Assembly (NCBI RefSeq): GCF_963921235.1
Contig: NC_086109.1
Location: forward strand, 5,024,001 to 5,088,000
DNA: 64,000 nucleotides
From: Mobula hypostoma
Taxonomy: Eukaryota
Direction: 5' to 3'
The translations under genes were made by a program, and so were the position numbers. The notes under the pieces were generated by a model that saw only the letters and a program-made list of their open reading frames with translations, ran no database searches and was not told the DNA's origin. Position 1 is the stretch's first letter; every line of letters starts with the position of its first letter. This document shows positions 23,248-36,071 of this stretch, piece after piece.

Positions 23248-23736
23248 AGGTCAGAGGAGATTGACCAGACTGGTTCAAGCTGACAGGAAGATGACAGTGA
23301 CTCAAGTAACCACACGTTACGACAGTGGTGTGCAGAAGAACATCTCTGAACACACATCACGTCAAACCTGCACGTGGACGGGCTACAGCAGCAGAAGATC
23401 ACAACTGAGTGACTCCTTCATTAGGTACAGTGTATCCACTGAATGTATGTCAGGAAATTTGCTGTTTTACCGCAACAGTGCAGTGGAAAACATAAAATTT
23501 ACTGTAAGTTACAAAAATAAATAAATTCTGCAAAAGAGGAAGAGAATGAGTAGTGTTCATGGGTTCATGGACCATTCATAATGCAAGTTGATGATGCCCG
23601 ACTCAGGTAACTCCCACAGATTTCTCTCCAGATTCATTTAGTTCTTTCTGACGTCCCTGGTTATTTTTGTGTTCTGAAACATCTAACCCTGCCATGGCTC
23701 TGGCATTAGCCCACTCTGGCACACCTCCTTAGGAAC

Positions 23737-24200
23737 AGAATCAGAATCAGGTTTATTATCACCAGCGTGTGTCGTGAAATTTGTTAGCTTAGCAGCAGCA
23801 GATCAATGCAATACTTAATATAGAAGGAAAAAAGTAATAAATAAATAAATAAATAAATTACAGTATATGTATATTGAGTAGATTAAAAATTGTGCAAAAA
23901 CAGAAAAAAATATATATTAAAAAAGTGAGGTAGTTTCCATGGGTTCAATGTCCACTTAGGAATCGGATGTCAGAGGGGAAGAAGCTGTTCCTGAATCGCT
24001 GAGTGTGTGTCTTCAGGCTTCTGTACCTCCTCCCTGATGGTAACAGTGAGAAAAGGGCATGCCCTGGGTGCTGGAGGTCCTTAACAGTGGAAGCTACCTT
24101 TCTGAGACACCGCTCCTTGAAGATGTCCTGGGTACTTTGTAGGCCAGTAGCCAAGATGGAGCTGACTAGATTTATAACCCTCTGCAGCTTCTTTCAGTAC
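23737..24200 (-). mobile_element. Rex1/Babar-like LINE 3' end
   Basis: ORF 23945-24154 (HPGHALFSLLPSGRRYRSLKTHTQRFRNSFFP); CTGATT-repeat tail. Confidence 0.85.
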
Positions 24201-25184
24201 TTTGCATGTTCGATGCTGTTTTCCCACTGTTGGTTTCGGTGACAATTTCAGCTTTGTACATCTTATCTCAATTAGATACAGTAAAAGTATCAGTGGCTGC
24301 TGTAATGATCACTCAGAGTTAATCTTGTTCCCCCGGCAAACCTTTGAGCCCTCTGACTCACCCAGTTAATCATCAACAAAAGGGATTCTGCAGGTGCTGG
24401 AAATCCAGAACAAAACATACGCACACACAGAATGCGAGAGGAACTCAGCAGGTCAGGCAGCATCCATGGAGAGGTTTAAATAGCTGGATGTTTTGGTCCC
24501 GATGAAGGGTCTCAGCCTCAAATGTTGACTCTTTATTCCCCTCCATAGATACTGCCTGACCTGCTGAGTTCCTCCTTTGTGTCATCCAATTAATCATCCA
24601 CTTGTGCTTTGCCCAAGCCCTTTGTCCTTCATATCTGCTATTGTTGCTGCAAATCTATGTCAAAGATGCAGGGTGACAAAACCAACAGGAACTCTTCCAA
24701 ATGACACCTCATTTCCATGTCCTATTCTGCCAACTCATGGAATTAAAATGGCTGGCCACACATCCCAGAAGGTTTAGCTGAATCAACAGATCTGAACTGA
24801 AAACTCCCTGGATAATTACAACACCTAATCTAATTAAAGATATTTGGTTTTCAATGGCTGCTTCGGAATAAACATAACAAGATTTTTTTTTAGACTTTTA
24901 AGCCTGTCTTGTGGAAAGTATTGCCAATCAGTAATTAAATAAACTGCTTCAAACGAATGTGGCTTCAATTAAAGAAGGAGAAGCTGCACTTGGGGTTTTA
25001 TTCTGAAGAGGTTATAGTGGCCCGGTGTGAGTTGAGTGGGTAGGGACTAACTGTGTGGTTGGAAGCTGAGTATTCACTTAAACCAAGGTCCAGCCTGCCC
25101 AGACCTGAATTATGTTGTCAATGAGTTCTCCAAGATAAAGCTGAGAAACTTCTCAAAGTTATTTGCCTGAGGAACTCAGTAAGT

Positions 25185-25632
25185 CAGGTAGCATGTACTG
25201 CCACGATGAGGCCACTCTCAGATTGGGGGAGCAACACCTCATATTCTGTTTGGGTAGCCATCAACCTGAAAGCATGAACACTGATTTCTCTAACTTCCAG
25301 TAATTTCACTCCACACCCCCCTCTCTTTTTCCATTTCCCCACCTCACCCCTTCTCCTCACCTGCCCATCACCTTTCTCTGATGCTCTTCCTCCTTCCCTT
25401 TCTCCCATGGTCCACTCTCCTCTCCTGTCAGATTCCTTCTTTCTCAGCCCTTTACATCTTCCACCTATCACCTCCCACCTTCTTACTTCATCACCATCCC
25501 CTGGTCTCACCTATCACCTCCCAGCTTGTACCCCACCATCTTATGCTGGCTTCTTCCCCCCGTTCTTTCCAGACCAGATGAAGGGTCTCGGCCTGAAACT
25601 TCGAAGATTCCTTTCCATGGATGCTCCCTGAA
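25185..25632 (+). mobile_element. Penelope-like element 3' fragment
   Basis: EATLRLGEQHLIFCLG..QPESMNTDFSNF end, pyrimidine-rich UTR and degenerate hammerhead at about 25570-25605. Confidence 0.75.
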
Positions 25633-26042
25633 CAGCATTTGTGGAACCTCCTGTGTTTACAAAATATGACAGTTACAGGGAAAGTGCAGAGTCGGTGGGC
25701 AAGAAGGTGCCAGGTGGAAACGAGGACCACCGTGAGCTGAGGACTCCACCTTATCGTAGAAGGGGATCTTTCAGTAGTCCTACAATAGCGGGGTAGAACC
25801 TGTCGTTGCGCCAGGTGGTACGTGCTTTCAGGCTTTTGTATCTTCTACCCGATGGGAGATGGGAGAAGAGAATGTCTGGGCTGGGTGGGCCATTGATCAC
25901 GTTGATTGCTTTGTGAGACAGAAGGAAGTGTAGTCAGTTTCCATGGAAGGGAGGCTGGTTTCCACGATGTGCTGAGTGGTATCACCATGTTGCAGCTACT
26001 TGCAGTCATGTATCTGGATAGGATGCTTTCTATGGTGTAAAA

Positions 26043-26783
26043 ACATGGTAAATGGTAGGGCATTAAAGAATGCTTTAGAACAGAGGGATCTAGGAATGCT
26101 AGATGGAATCTCATGTGGATAGGACGGTGAAGAAAGCTTTTGGTTTGCTGGCCTTTATTAATCAGAGCATTGAGTATAGGAGTTGGGATGTAATGTTGAA
26201 TTTGTATAAGGCATTGGTAAGGCCAAATCTGGAGTATTGTGTACAGTTCTGGTCACTGAATTATAGGAAGGATGTCAATAAAATTGAGAGAGTACAGAGG
26301 AGGTTTACTAAAATGTTGCCTGGGTTTCATCTCCTAAATTACAGAGAAAGGTTGAACAAGTTAGGTCTTTACTCTTTGGAGCGTAGAAGGTTCAGAGGAG
26401 ACTTAATAGAGATGTTTAAGATTATGAGGGGGATTGATAGAGTTGACATGGTTAGACTTTTTCCATTGAGAGTGGGGAAGATTCAAACAAGAGGGCATGA
26501 GTTGAGAGTTAAAGGGCCAAAGTTTAGGGGTAACGTGAGGGGGAACTTCTTTACTCAGAGAGTGGTAGCTGTGTGGAACGAGCTTCCAGCAGAAGTGGTT
26601 GAGACAGGTTCGATGTTGTCACTTAAAGTTAAATTGGATAGATATACGGACAGGAAAGGAATGGAGGGTTATGGGCTGAGTGCAGGTAGGGGGAATAGGA
26701 TAGGGTAAGAGTTCAGCACAGACCAGAAGGGCCGAGATGGCCTGTTTCCGTGCTGTAATTGTTATATGGTTATATATGGTTAT
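26043..26783 (+). mobile_element. CR1-like LINE 3' end, young, inserted in a - strand Rex1 fragment (25650-27320)
   Basis: 201-aa ORF 26103-26708; TTATATGG-repeat tail. Confidence 0.9.
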
Positions 26784-27494
26784 AATACAAAATGGTAAGG
26801 GTCAAGAGGGATAGGCCAGATTTCTTTACTTCCTAAGGAAGTAGAGGCTTTGGTGAGCCTTCTTGGCTGTGGCATCAATGTAGTCGGACCAGGGCAGGGG
26901 TATTGGTGATGTACACATCTGGGAACTTCAAGCTCTCAACCACCTCCACCTCAACCTCAACAACTGCTGACGTAGACAGGGACTCATGCATCACCCTTCC
27001 TTTTCTGTTCTGATGATATTGAGGCAAAATTTGTCTCTATCTGCTCCTGTACTCCATCTATTCAATATTTCAAATGCAATCCACTATGGTGGTGTCATCT
27101 GCAATTTGTAGGTGGAGTTGTGAGTATATAGGGAGTAGCGTAGAGGGTTAAGGATGTAATCTCCTGGACACCGGTGTTGAGGGTAACCATGGTGGAGGTG
27201 TTGCTCCCTAGCCATACTGATTTATGTCTGTTTGTCAGGAAGTCTGTGATCCAGTTACAAAGAGAAATGGTGAATCCCAGGTCTAGGAGCTGGGAGATGA
27301 GTTCGCTTGGAATTACAGTACCGATACCGACTCCGACTCAACCTGCAAATTAACCTTTAGGGAATCCTGCTCAAGGATTCTCAAATCCCTATGCAGCTCA
27401 GAGTTTTGTATTTTTCTCCCCATTTAGAACTACAGTGTAGATACAGGAGACTGAAGGCCCACACTCAGTGATTTAGGAACAGCTTCTTCCCCTG

Positions 27495-27979
27495 CACCAT
27501 CAGATTTCTGAACGGTCCGGGAACCCATAAACACCATCAGATTTCTGAACGGTCCGGGAACCCATAAACACCATCAGATTTCTGAACGGTCCGGGAACCC
27601 ATAAACACCATCAGATTTCTGAACAGTTCGGGAACCCATAAACACCATCAGATTTCTGAACGGTCCGGGAACCCATAAACACCATCAGATTTCTGAATGG
27701 TCCGGGAACCCATAAACACCATCATATTTCTGAACGGTCCAGGAACCCATAAACACCATCAGATTTCTGAACGGTCCGGGAACCCATAAACACCATCAGA
27801 TTTCTGAACAGTCCAGGAACCCATAAACACCATCAGATTTCTGAACAGTCCGGGAACCCATAAACACCATCAGATTTCTGAACGGTCCGGGAACCCATAA
27901 ACACCATCAGATTTCTGAACGGTCCGGGAACCCATAAACACCATCAGATTTCTGAACGGTCCGGGAACCCATAAACACC
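27495..27979. repeat. 37-bp tandem array, 13 units
   Basis: Unit caccatcagatttctgaacggtccgggaacccataaa. Confidence 0.97.
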
Positions 27980-28017
27980 TCCCCAGTGTTCATCTTCTGC
28001 ATGGCTTCTCTATTTAG

Positions 28018-28332
28018 GGAGGCACAGCGGCCTAGTGGCTGGCGTACCACTATTACAACGTCGGCAGCCACGGATTAGGGTGCGATTTCCATTGTGGTCT
28101 GTAAGGAGTTTGTACGTTCTCCCTGTGACTGTGTGGGTTGTCCGGTTCCCTCTCACATTCCAGTGACATATGGGTTAGAGTTAGAAAGCTGTGGGTATGC
28201 TGTGTTGGCACTGGAAACGTGGTGACACCGGTGCACTGCCCAGCACGTTCCCTGCTGATTTGATTTGACACAAACAATGCTGTTGCTTGTATATTTTGAT
28301 GTACTCGTGACAAATAAAGCTAATCTTTAAAA
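28018..28332 (+). mobile_element. V-SINE variant with a different (Rex1-type) 3' tail
   Basis: V-domain, then gtatgctgtgttggcactggaa...gtgacaaataaagctaatcttt. Similar copy at 32155-32470. Confidence 0.7.
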
Positions 28333-28399
28333 TCTTTATAGTAATGTTTATGTATCGCACTGTTCTGCTGCTCTAAAACAGGAGATTACATGGCAGGTC

Positions 28400-30410
28400 A
28401 TATTGAATACTTCCCACACCAAACAAGAAGCAGTCCACCCAGCTCACTTCACATCATAGTCGGGGGTTTCAGTCAGGGATGTTTGAAGAAATCTCTGCCC
28501 ATTTATCATCAGCATATCACCTGCAGCACCAGGGGTCCAAACACACTAGACCACTGCAATACTACAGCAAGGAATGTCTGCTGTTCCATGCCCAGATCGC
28601 ATTTCAGGAAATCTGATCACTTGGCTGTCTTTCTCCAACCTGCAGACAGGCAGAGGCTAAAGGGCAAGGCTCCAGAGATTGGGAGAACAAAGAGGTGGTC
28701 GTGGGAGGCGGAGGCACGGCCACGGGATTGCTTTGAGTCCGTGGACTGGGTCGTGATCAAGGACTCATCTGTGGATCTGAACTGTTACACCATGATTGTC
28801 ACGGACTTTATTAAAACCAGTCGTACATGAGCATGTTCCCACAAAAATATTCGGAGTCTTCCCCAATCAGAAGCCCTGGATGAACCATGAGATCCACACC
28901 TGCTAAGGGCCAGATCAGAGGCATTCAGGTCTGGTGACCAAGGAAGTTACAAGAGGTCCAGGAATGATCTCCAGAAAGCCACCTCACGGGCAAAGTGGCA
29001 ATTCCAAAGTCAACTTGAAGGATGCTCAACAGTTGTGGTAAGGCTCGAATGCTATCAGCTCTTATAAAGTTAAGCGAAGCGACAAAGGTGACAACGGGGC
29101 TTCACTTCCAGACAAGCTCAATGCCTTCTGTGCTCACTTTGACTATCAAAACATGGAGGAACCCTCATGAATGCCCATAGTCCCCGATGACCCTGTGATT
29201 TCAGTCTCTGAGGCTGACGTAAGACCATCATTCAGGAGGGTGAACCCATGGAAAGCATCTGGCCCAGACAGACACCTGGGCAAGAACTAAAGACCTGTGC
29301 TGGTCAACTGGCTGGAGTGTTCACCGATATCTGTAACCTCTCACTTCGGCTGTCTGATGTACCCACTTGCTTCACGCAGGCTTCAATCATGCCGGTGTCT
29401 AAGAAGAGCATGATAACCTGCTCAGTGTCTGCCGCCCCGCAGCACTTACATCCACTGTGATGAAGTGCTTGAGAGGTTGGTGATGAAACGTATCGACCCC
29501 TGCCTGAGAAGTGATTTGGATCCACTCCAATTCGCCTACTGAAGCAACAGGTTCCACAGCAGATGCCATCTCACTGGCTCCTCAGTCAATCCTGGAATAT
29601 CTGGACGGCAAAGCTGCATACATCAGGATGCCCTTTATTGACTACAGCTTGGCATTTGATAACACCATCCCCTCAAAACTAACCAATAAGCTTCTTCAAG
29701 ACCCATGCGGCTGTAATACCTCCTTGTGTAATTGGATCCTCGATTTCCAGAGTTGCAGACCCCAGTCTGTTCCAGTTGGCAACAACCTCTCCACTATCTC
29801 CATCAGCACAGGTGCACCACAAAGCTGTGTGCTTAGCCCCCGGCTCGACTCACTTTATGCTTATGACTGTGCAGCTGAGCACAGCTTCAGTGACATATTT
29901 AGGTTTGCTGATGAAATCACAATCACTGGCTGAATCAGAGGTGGTGACAAATCAGTGTATAGGAGGGAGATTGAAAATCTGGCTGAGTGGTAGCACAACA
30001 ACAACCTCTTACTCAATGTTTGCAAGACCAAGGAGCTGATTATAGAGTTCAAGAGGACGAAACCAGAGGTCCATGAGCCAGTTCTCATCGGGGGATCAGA
30101 GGAGGAGAGGGATTGCAACTTTAAATTCCTATTGGGTGTCACTATTTCAGAGGATCTGAACTGAGCCAGCGTGTAAGTACAACAATGAAGAAAACATGGC
30201 AGCGCCTCTACTTCCTTTGCAGAGATTTGGCATGACACCTAAAACTTTGACAAACTTCTCTAGATGTGTGGTGGAGAGTATATTGACTGGCTGCATCACA
30301 GCCTGGTATGGAAACGCCAACGCCCTTGAACGGAAAATCCTACAAAGTCGTGGATACGGCCCAGTCCATCGCAGGTAAAGCCCTCCCCACACTGAGCACA
30401 TCCATACAAA
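28400..30410 (+). mobile_element. Degenerate Rex1/Babar-like LINE (endonuclease end through RT)
   Basis: TRGPNTLDHC...SDHLAVFL (APE end), IDYSLAFD, TGAPQSCVLSP, RFADE. Many stops and frameshifts. Confidence 0.88.
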
Positions 30411-30414
30411 GCAA

Positions 30415-31197
30415 AATCAGAATCAGGTTTATTATCACCAGCATGTGACGTGAAATTTGTTAACTTAGCAGCAGCAGCAGTTCAATGAAAGACATAATCT
30501 AGCAGAGAGAAAAAAAATAAAATTAAAATAATACTAATAATAAATAAATAAATCAATTATGTATATTGAATAGATTTTAAAAATGTGCTAAAACAGAAAT
30601 ACTGTATATTAAAACGAAGTGAGGTAGTGTCCAAAACTTCAACGTCCATTTAGGAATCGGATGTCAGAGGGAAAGAAGCTGTTCCTGAACTGCTGAGTGT
30701 GTGCCTTCAGGCTTCTGTACCTCCTACCTGATGGAAACAGTGAGAAAAGGGCATGCCCTGGGTGCTGGAGGTCCTTAATAATGGATGCTGCCTTTCTGAG
30801 ACACTGCTCCCTAAAGATGTCCTGGGTACTTTGTAGGTCAGTAACCCAAGACGGAGCTGACTAGATTTACAACCTTCTGCAGCTTCTTTCGATCCTGTGC
30901 AGTAACCCCTCCATACCAGACAGTGATGCAGCCTGTCAGAATGCTCTCCACAGTACAACTACAGAAGTTTTTGAGTGTACTTGTTGACATGCCAAATCTC
31001 TTCAAACTCCTAATAAAGTATAGCCTCTGTCTTGCCTTCTTTCTAACTACATCGATATGTTGGAACCAGGTTAGATCCTCAGAGATCTTGACACCGAGGA
31101 ACTTGAAACTGCTCACTCTCTCCACTTCTGAGGATTGGTATGTGTTCCTTTGTCTTACTCTTCCTGAAGTCCACAATCAGCTCTTTTGTCTTACTGT
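30415..31197 (-). mobile_element. Rex1/Babar-like LINE 3' end inserted tail-first in the previous copy
   Basis: ORF 30838-31176 (FKFLGVKISEDLTW..KKARQRLYFIRSLKRFG). The host copy resumes at about 31200-31640. Confidence 0.85.
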
Positions 31198-32849
31198 CTC
31201 AGAAAAGCAGCCTCCATCATCAGAGGCCCCCACTATTCAGGACATGGTCTCTTCTTGCTGCTGCCCTCAGGAAGGAGGTACAGGGGTCTCAGGAACAGTT
31301 CAGGACTAGGTTCAGGGACAGTCATTACCCCTCAACTATCAGGTTCTTGAAGTAGAGGGGTTAACTTCTCTCAGCTTCACTCACCCCAACACTGAATGGT
31401 TCCTACAACCGATGGATCCACTTTCAATGACGCTTTATCTCATGTTCTCGATATTTACTGCTTATTTATTATTATTACTTCTTCCGTATTTGCAGTTTGT
31501 TGTCTTTTGCACATTGGTAGTTTGTCCATCCTTTCATTGATTCCATTATGTTTTTCAGATTTACTGAGTATGCCTGCAAGAAAATGAATCTCCGAGTTGC
31601 TAATGTACTTAGCTAATAAATTTACGTTGAACTTTGATAGTAAACCTGATTCTCTGCACTTTAGCTGATGGTTTCCAGCATTTGCCATTTGTGTTACTGA
31701 TCCTCAGCTGTAGGAGTGGCCAGGAAATATTTCTGAAGATTGTTCCCCCGCCCCACCCCACAATCGAGCCGGAGTCTTGTGGTGTAACAGGTCATTTTCT
31801 GTGTGAAGTATTCTGCTGGTTGTGTCATTGGCTGGAGATCCTGGCAGGCAGGCAGTTCACCATTTTGTCAAGCCTGCCCCCTGGTGGCGTTTGGAGGGTT
31901 TGCAGCGTCATCGGGCCATTTTGCAGACGCAAGGGTCTGCAGGAGCTGGGACCCGGAGCGCAAACAAGATGCTGGAGGAACCCAGCAGCTGCAGCAGCAT
32001 CAGTGGAGGGAAAGGGGTGGTGGGGTTGAGACCCCGGACCAGAACTGAGAGTGTAGAGAGGAGATAGTCAGCGTGTGGAAGTGAGGGAGCAGGTGACAGG
32101 TGAGGAGGGAGACGATGGCTGAGGGAGGGGATGGTTGTACTTTGTTGTCCTGCATGGCAGCACGACAGCGTAGTGGGGTTTGTGTAACACTTTCTAACAC
32201 CAATGGTCTGGTTCCATTCTGCTGCTGTCTGTAAGGAATTTGTACGTTTTCCCCGTAACCCTGTGTGTCTCCTCTGGGTGTTCCGATTTCCTCCCACAGT
32301 CCAAAGCTGAATGGTTCAGGGCTAGTGAGTCGTGAGCATGCTATGTTGGCGCCAGAAGCATGGCAAAACTTGCGGGCTGCCCCCAGCACATCCTCGGACT
32401 GTGTTGGCTGTTAACACGAACCAACGCATTTCACTGTATGTTTCGATGTTCCGCTGTACACGTGACAGATGAAGCGGGGAGTCATTGAGCCTTGGGCTGT
32501 AATTTTAATTCTGAAGTTTGCTGAGATCCAGTCAACCAGGTCGACAGGAAAAATTTCCTTCTGGGGGTCTGCGGGCAGCCGGAAGTCTGGGTTCTCCCTT
32601 CTTCTCCACAACACGGGCTTCTGCAGAACCCCACACCTGCTCTGCACGGCTTTATTCCTGAGGGATCCTACCTCCACGCTCCCTCTCTCCCTGCTGGCAG
32701 TCCTCTGCCTCTCACACCTACCCCTGCCCAACGCTCTACCACGGGTTGAAGCAGTGTACAGAACCCAGATATAACCTTGCTTTAAACAGGCAGGCTGCCC
32801 CGATCTCCTGCCAAATAGCTTGTTGTTCACTGGTGCTGGATGCGTTTGG

Positions 32850-33652
32850 TCAGACCATGTTTGGAGTATTGTGAGCAGTTTTGGGCCCCTTATCTGAAAA
32901 GGATGGGCTGGCATTGGAGAGGGTCCAGAGGAGGTTCACAAGAATGATACCAGCTTGACTTATGAGGAGTGTTTGATGGCTCTGGGCCTGTACTCGCTGG
33001 AGTTTAGAATAGTGAGCAGGGTTCTCATTGAAACCTATTGACTATTGAAAGGAAAGCACACAAAATGTTGGAGGAACTCAGCAGATCAGGCAGCATCTAT
33101 GAAAATCGATGTTTCAGGTCAATACCCTTCTTCAGGACTGGAAAGAAAGGGGGAAGACACCAGAATAAAAAAGTGGGGGTGGGGGAAGGAGACTAGCTGG
33201 AAGGTGTTAGGGAAGATAAAGGGCTGGAGAAGAAGGAATCTGATAGTAAGAGGACGGGAAGGAGGAGGGGATCCAGGAGGAGGTGATAGGCAGGAGAGAT
33301 GAGGCAAGAGAACAGAGTGGGGAATAGAAGAGGGAGGGAGGGGATTTTTTTTAATCGAAGGGGAAATTAATATTCATGTCATCAGGTTGGAGGCTATACA
33401 GACAGAATATATGGTGTTGCTGCCCCACCAGAAGGTGGTGAATCTGTGGAATTCATGACCACAGACGGCTGTGGAGTCCAAGTCATTGGGTATATTTAAA
33501 GTGGAGGTTGATAGGTTCTTGATTAGCCAGGGTGTCAAAAGTTACAGGGAGAAGGCAAGAGATTGGGGTTGAGAGGGATAGTAAATCAGCCATGATGGAA
33601 TGGCAGAGCAGACTCAATGGGCTGAACAGACTAATTCTGCTCCAGTGTCTTA
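32850..33652 (+). mobile_element. CR1-like LINE fragment interrupted by a - strand Penelope fragment (33055-33428)
   Basis: LVRPCLEYCEQFWAPYL...RVVNLWN; the Penelope terminus carries a hammerhead. Confidence 0.75.
33103..33140 (-). ncRNA. Minimal hammerhead motif
   Basis: Reverse complement cagtc-CTGAAGA-a-gggt attg acct-GAAA-ca-TC-gattt. Core intact, ATC triplet, 4-bp helix I. Confidence 0.55.
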
Positions 33653-34319
33653 TCCCCTAAATGCTATTAACATCAACCTTCGGGAGTCTGGGTTACCTGA
33701 GGTCTGCCACGTGGTGACGAATGGGTGACCTCTCTCCGAGAAGCTGGGCCCGCAGACATGTGCAGACAATCCCCATCCCGTGTGCCTCTGGTGTGCAGGC
33801 ACAGCACAGTCAGGCCAGCAGCAACGTGAGGGGAAGGCTGGAGCCTGCTGACGTTGGTGAAAGGACCACTCCCACCCCTCACGTACCCTCTGCAGCAGAA
33901 GGTCATTAAAGATTAAAGAGGATTTACAAGCTTAACATCAGCTGCTTGTCATGTTAGTGTTAAAGCATCTCTATTTCACCCTTGTTGATTCAGAAACCTT
34001 GGACATGTTTTCTGCCCATTTCCTATTAGTGAACTATGTAAAACTGGTCTGTGTTCCTTCAAACTACCATGAGTACCAGAGCTGACAGGGGTTCACCTTC
34101 CTCCTCACTATCTGTTAAATGGGTGATATGTACTTGGTGCATCGGAGCACCTGTTGGTGTGTCTGGGTTGAAATTATCGGAGGCTTCTGTTGGTCAGGGT
34201 CAACCATGGATGTTGTGTCCTAGCTGTCGAGAAACACAAGCCAGGGCAGTACAATATGGAGTGCGAGCTGTTCCCACGTAGTGCAGCAAGCTCCCATCTC
34301 TCCCAAGTCTTCGACTTGG

Positions 34320-35085
34320 AGGCCAGACCTGTATGCAACATTTCAACACCCCAAACAGTCCTTCCAGGTGAGGCAACACTTCACTCGTGAGTCTGTTGGG
34401 GTTGTCTACTGTATCCGGTGCTCCCAGTGTGGCCTCCTGTGTATCAGTGAGACCCAACGTAGATTGGGAGACTGCTTTGCCCAGCACCTACCTCCATCCA
34501 TTAGAAAATGCGGGATCTCCCAGTGGCCACCCATTTTAATTCCACTTCCCATTCCTATTCCAACATGTCAGTCCATGGCCTCCTCTACTGTTGCAATGAG
34601 ACCACACTCAGGCTGGAGGAGCAACACCTTGTACTCCACTGATGGCATGAATATCGATTTCTCGAACTTCCAGTAATCCACCCTCCCCTCAACATTTCCC
34701 ATTCCCTTTTCCCTCTCTCACCTTATCTCCTGTCCTGCCCGTCACTTTCTGGTGCTCCTCCCCCTTCCCTGTCTTCCATGGTCTTCTGTCTTGTCCTATC
34801 AGATTCTCCCTTCTCCAACCCTGTATCTCTTCCACCAATCAACATCCAGCTCTTTACTTCAACTCTCCCCCTCCCCCGGTTTCACCTATCACCTTGTATT
34901 TCTTCCACCCCTCCCCTCCCCCCACCTTCTTACTCTGTCTCCTCGCCTACTTTTCTCCAGTCCTGCTGAAGGTTCTTGGCCCGAAACGTCGACTGTTCAC
35001 TCTTTTCCATAGATGCCGCCTGGCCTGCTGAGTTCCTCCAGCAGTTTCTGTGTGTTGCTTGGATTTTCAGCATCTGCAGAAATCT
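34320..35085 (+). mobile_element. Penelope-like element 3' part with GIY-YIG endonuclease remnant
   Basis: PKQSFQVRQHFTRESVGVVYCIRCSQCGLLCISETQRRLGDCFAQH (GIY-YIG with CxxC). ORF ends DGMNIDFSNF, then UTR, hammerhead and terminus. Confidence 0.85.
34958..34995 (+). ncRNA. Minimal hammerhead motif (A6C core variant) at the 3' terminus of a Penelope-like element
   Basis: cagtc-CTGCTGA-a-ggttcttggccc-GAAA-cg-TC-gactg. Perfect 5-bp helix I, GTC triplet. Confidence 0.55.
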
Positions 35086-36071
35086 CTACTCTCGCACACA
35101 CATCAAGTGGAGTTTATTCCCACATGCACAAATCTTGCACTTTATCATTTACCTGCACTGCACTTTCTCTGTAGCTGTCACACTTTATTCTGCACTCTGT
35201 TATTGTTTTACCTTGTTCTACCTCAATGTAGTAATGATCTGATCTCTATCAGCAGAAGGAAGACAAACTTTTCACTGCATCTCGGTACATGTGACCACAA
35301 GAAAAACAACTTCATTGAAAAACTTACCTGCTGCAGCATCACAGGCATATCGGATTAGAGACACAATGTTCACAAGAAATAAAACATAAATTAGCTATAA
35401 ATTGAAGTTCAAAGTAAATTTATTATCGAAGTACATACGTATCTGTCTTCATTTTATTCATTTTATTGCGGGTACACTCAATAAATCCAGTAATCATAAT
35501 AGAATCAATGAAAGACCGCACCAACAGTCATAGTCAGAGTCAGACTTTATTGATCCTGGAGGAAATTGGTTTTCGTTACAGTTGCACCATAACTAATTAA
35601 ATAGTAATAAAACCATAGTTAAATAGTATTTAACAGGTGTGGACAACCAGTGTGCAAAAGACAAACTGTGCAAAGACATAAAGAAAGAAATAATAATAAT
35701 AATAAACAAATATGCAATAAATATTGAGAACATGAGATGAAGACTCCTTGAAAGTGAGTCTATAGATTGTGGGAACAGTTCCGTGATGGGGTGAGCGAAG
35801 TTATCCCTCTGCTTCAAGAGCCTGATAGTTGAGGCTCCTGTATCCTCTTCCTGATGGCAGTAGTGAGAAGAGAGCGTGACCTGGGTGCTGAAAGTCCCCG
35901 ACAGTGGATACTGGGAAGATTGTACAGAATTATACAGGAAAGAACACAATTACAACTAAAGAAACATTCAAAGCTGTTGTGTCTGTACAACTGCATATCA
36001 ATTAAACAAAAGCACACACGCAGAGAGGTTAACTGGTAGATTCACTTTGGAGAGAGAGGACAACAGATCAA

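Larger units (their letters stand above)
22111..23445 (+). mobile_element. Tc1-like transposon remnant (host of a nested SINE and MITE)
   Basis: TA then CACTCAGTGGCCACTTTATTAGG. Degenerate Tc1 DNA-binding domain (GIIVGARRGGLSISETADLL...QRRLTRLVQADRK...GYSSRR). Confidence 0.8.

Noticed and set aside
27495..27979. CRISPR-like array (37-bp repeats with partial palindrome)
   Set aside because: Units are head-to-tail with no spacers, there are no cas genes, the context is eukaryotic, and the unit derives from a LINE.
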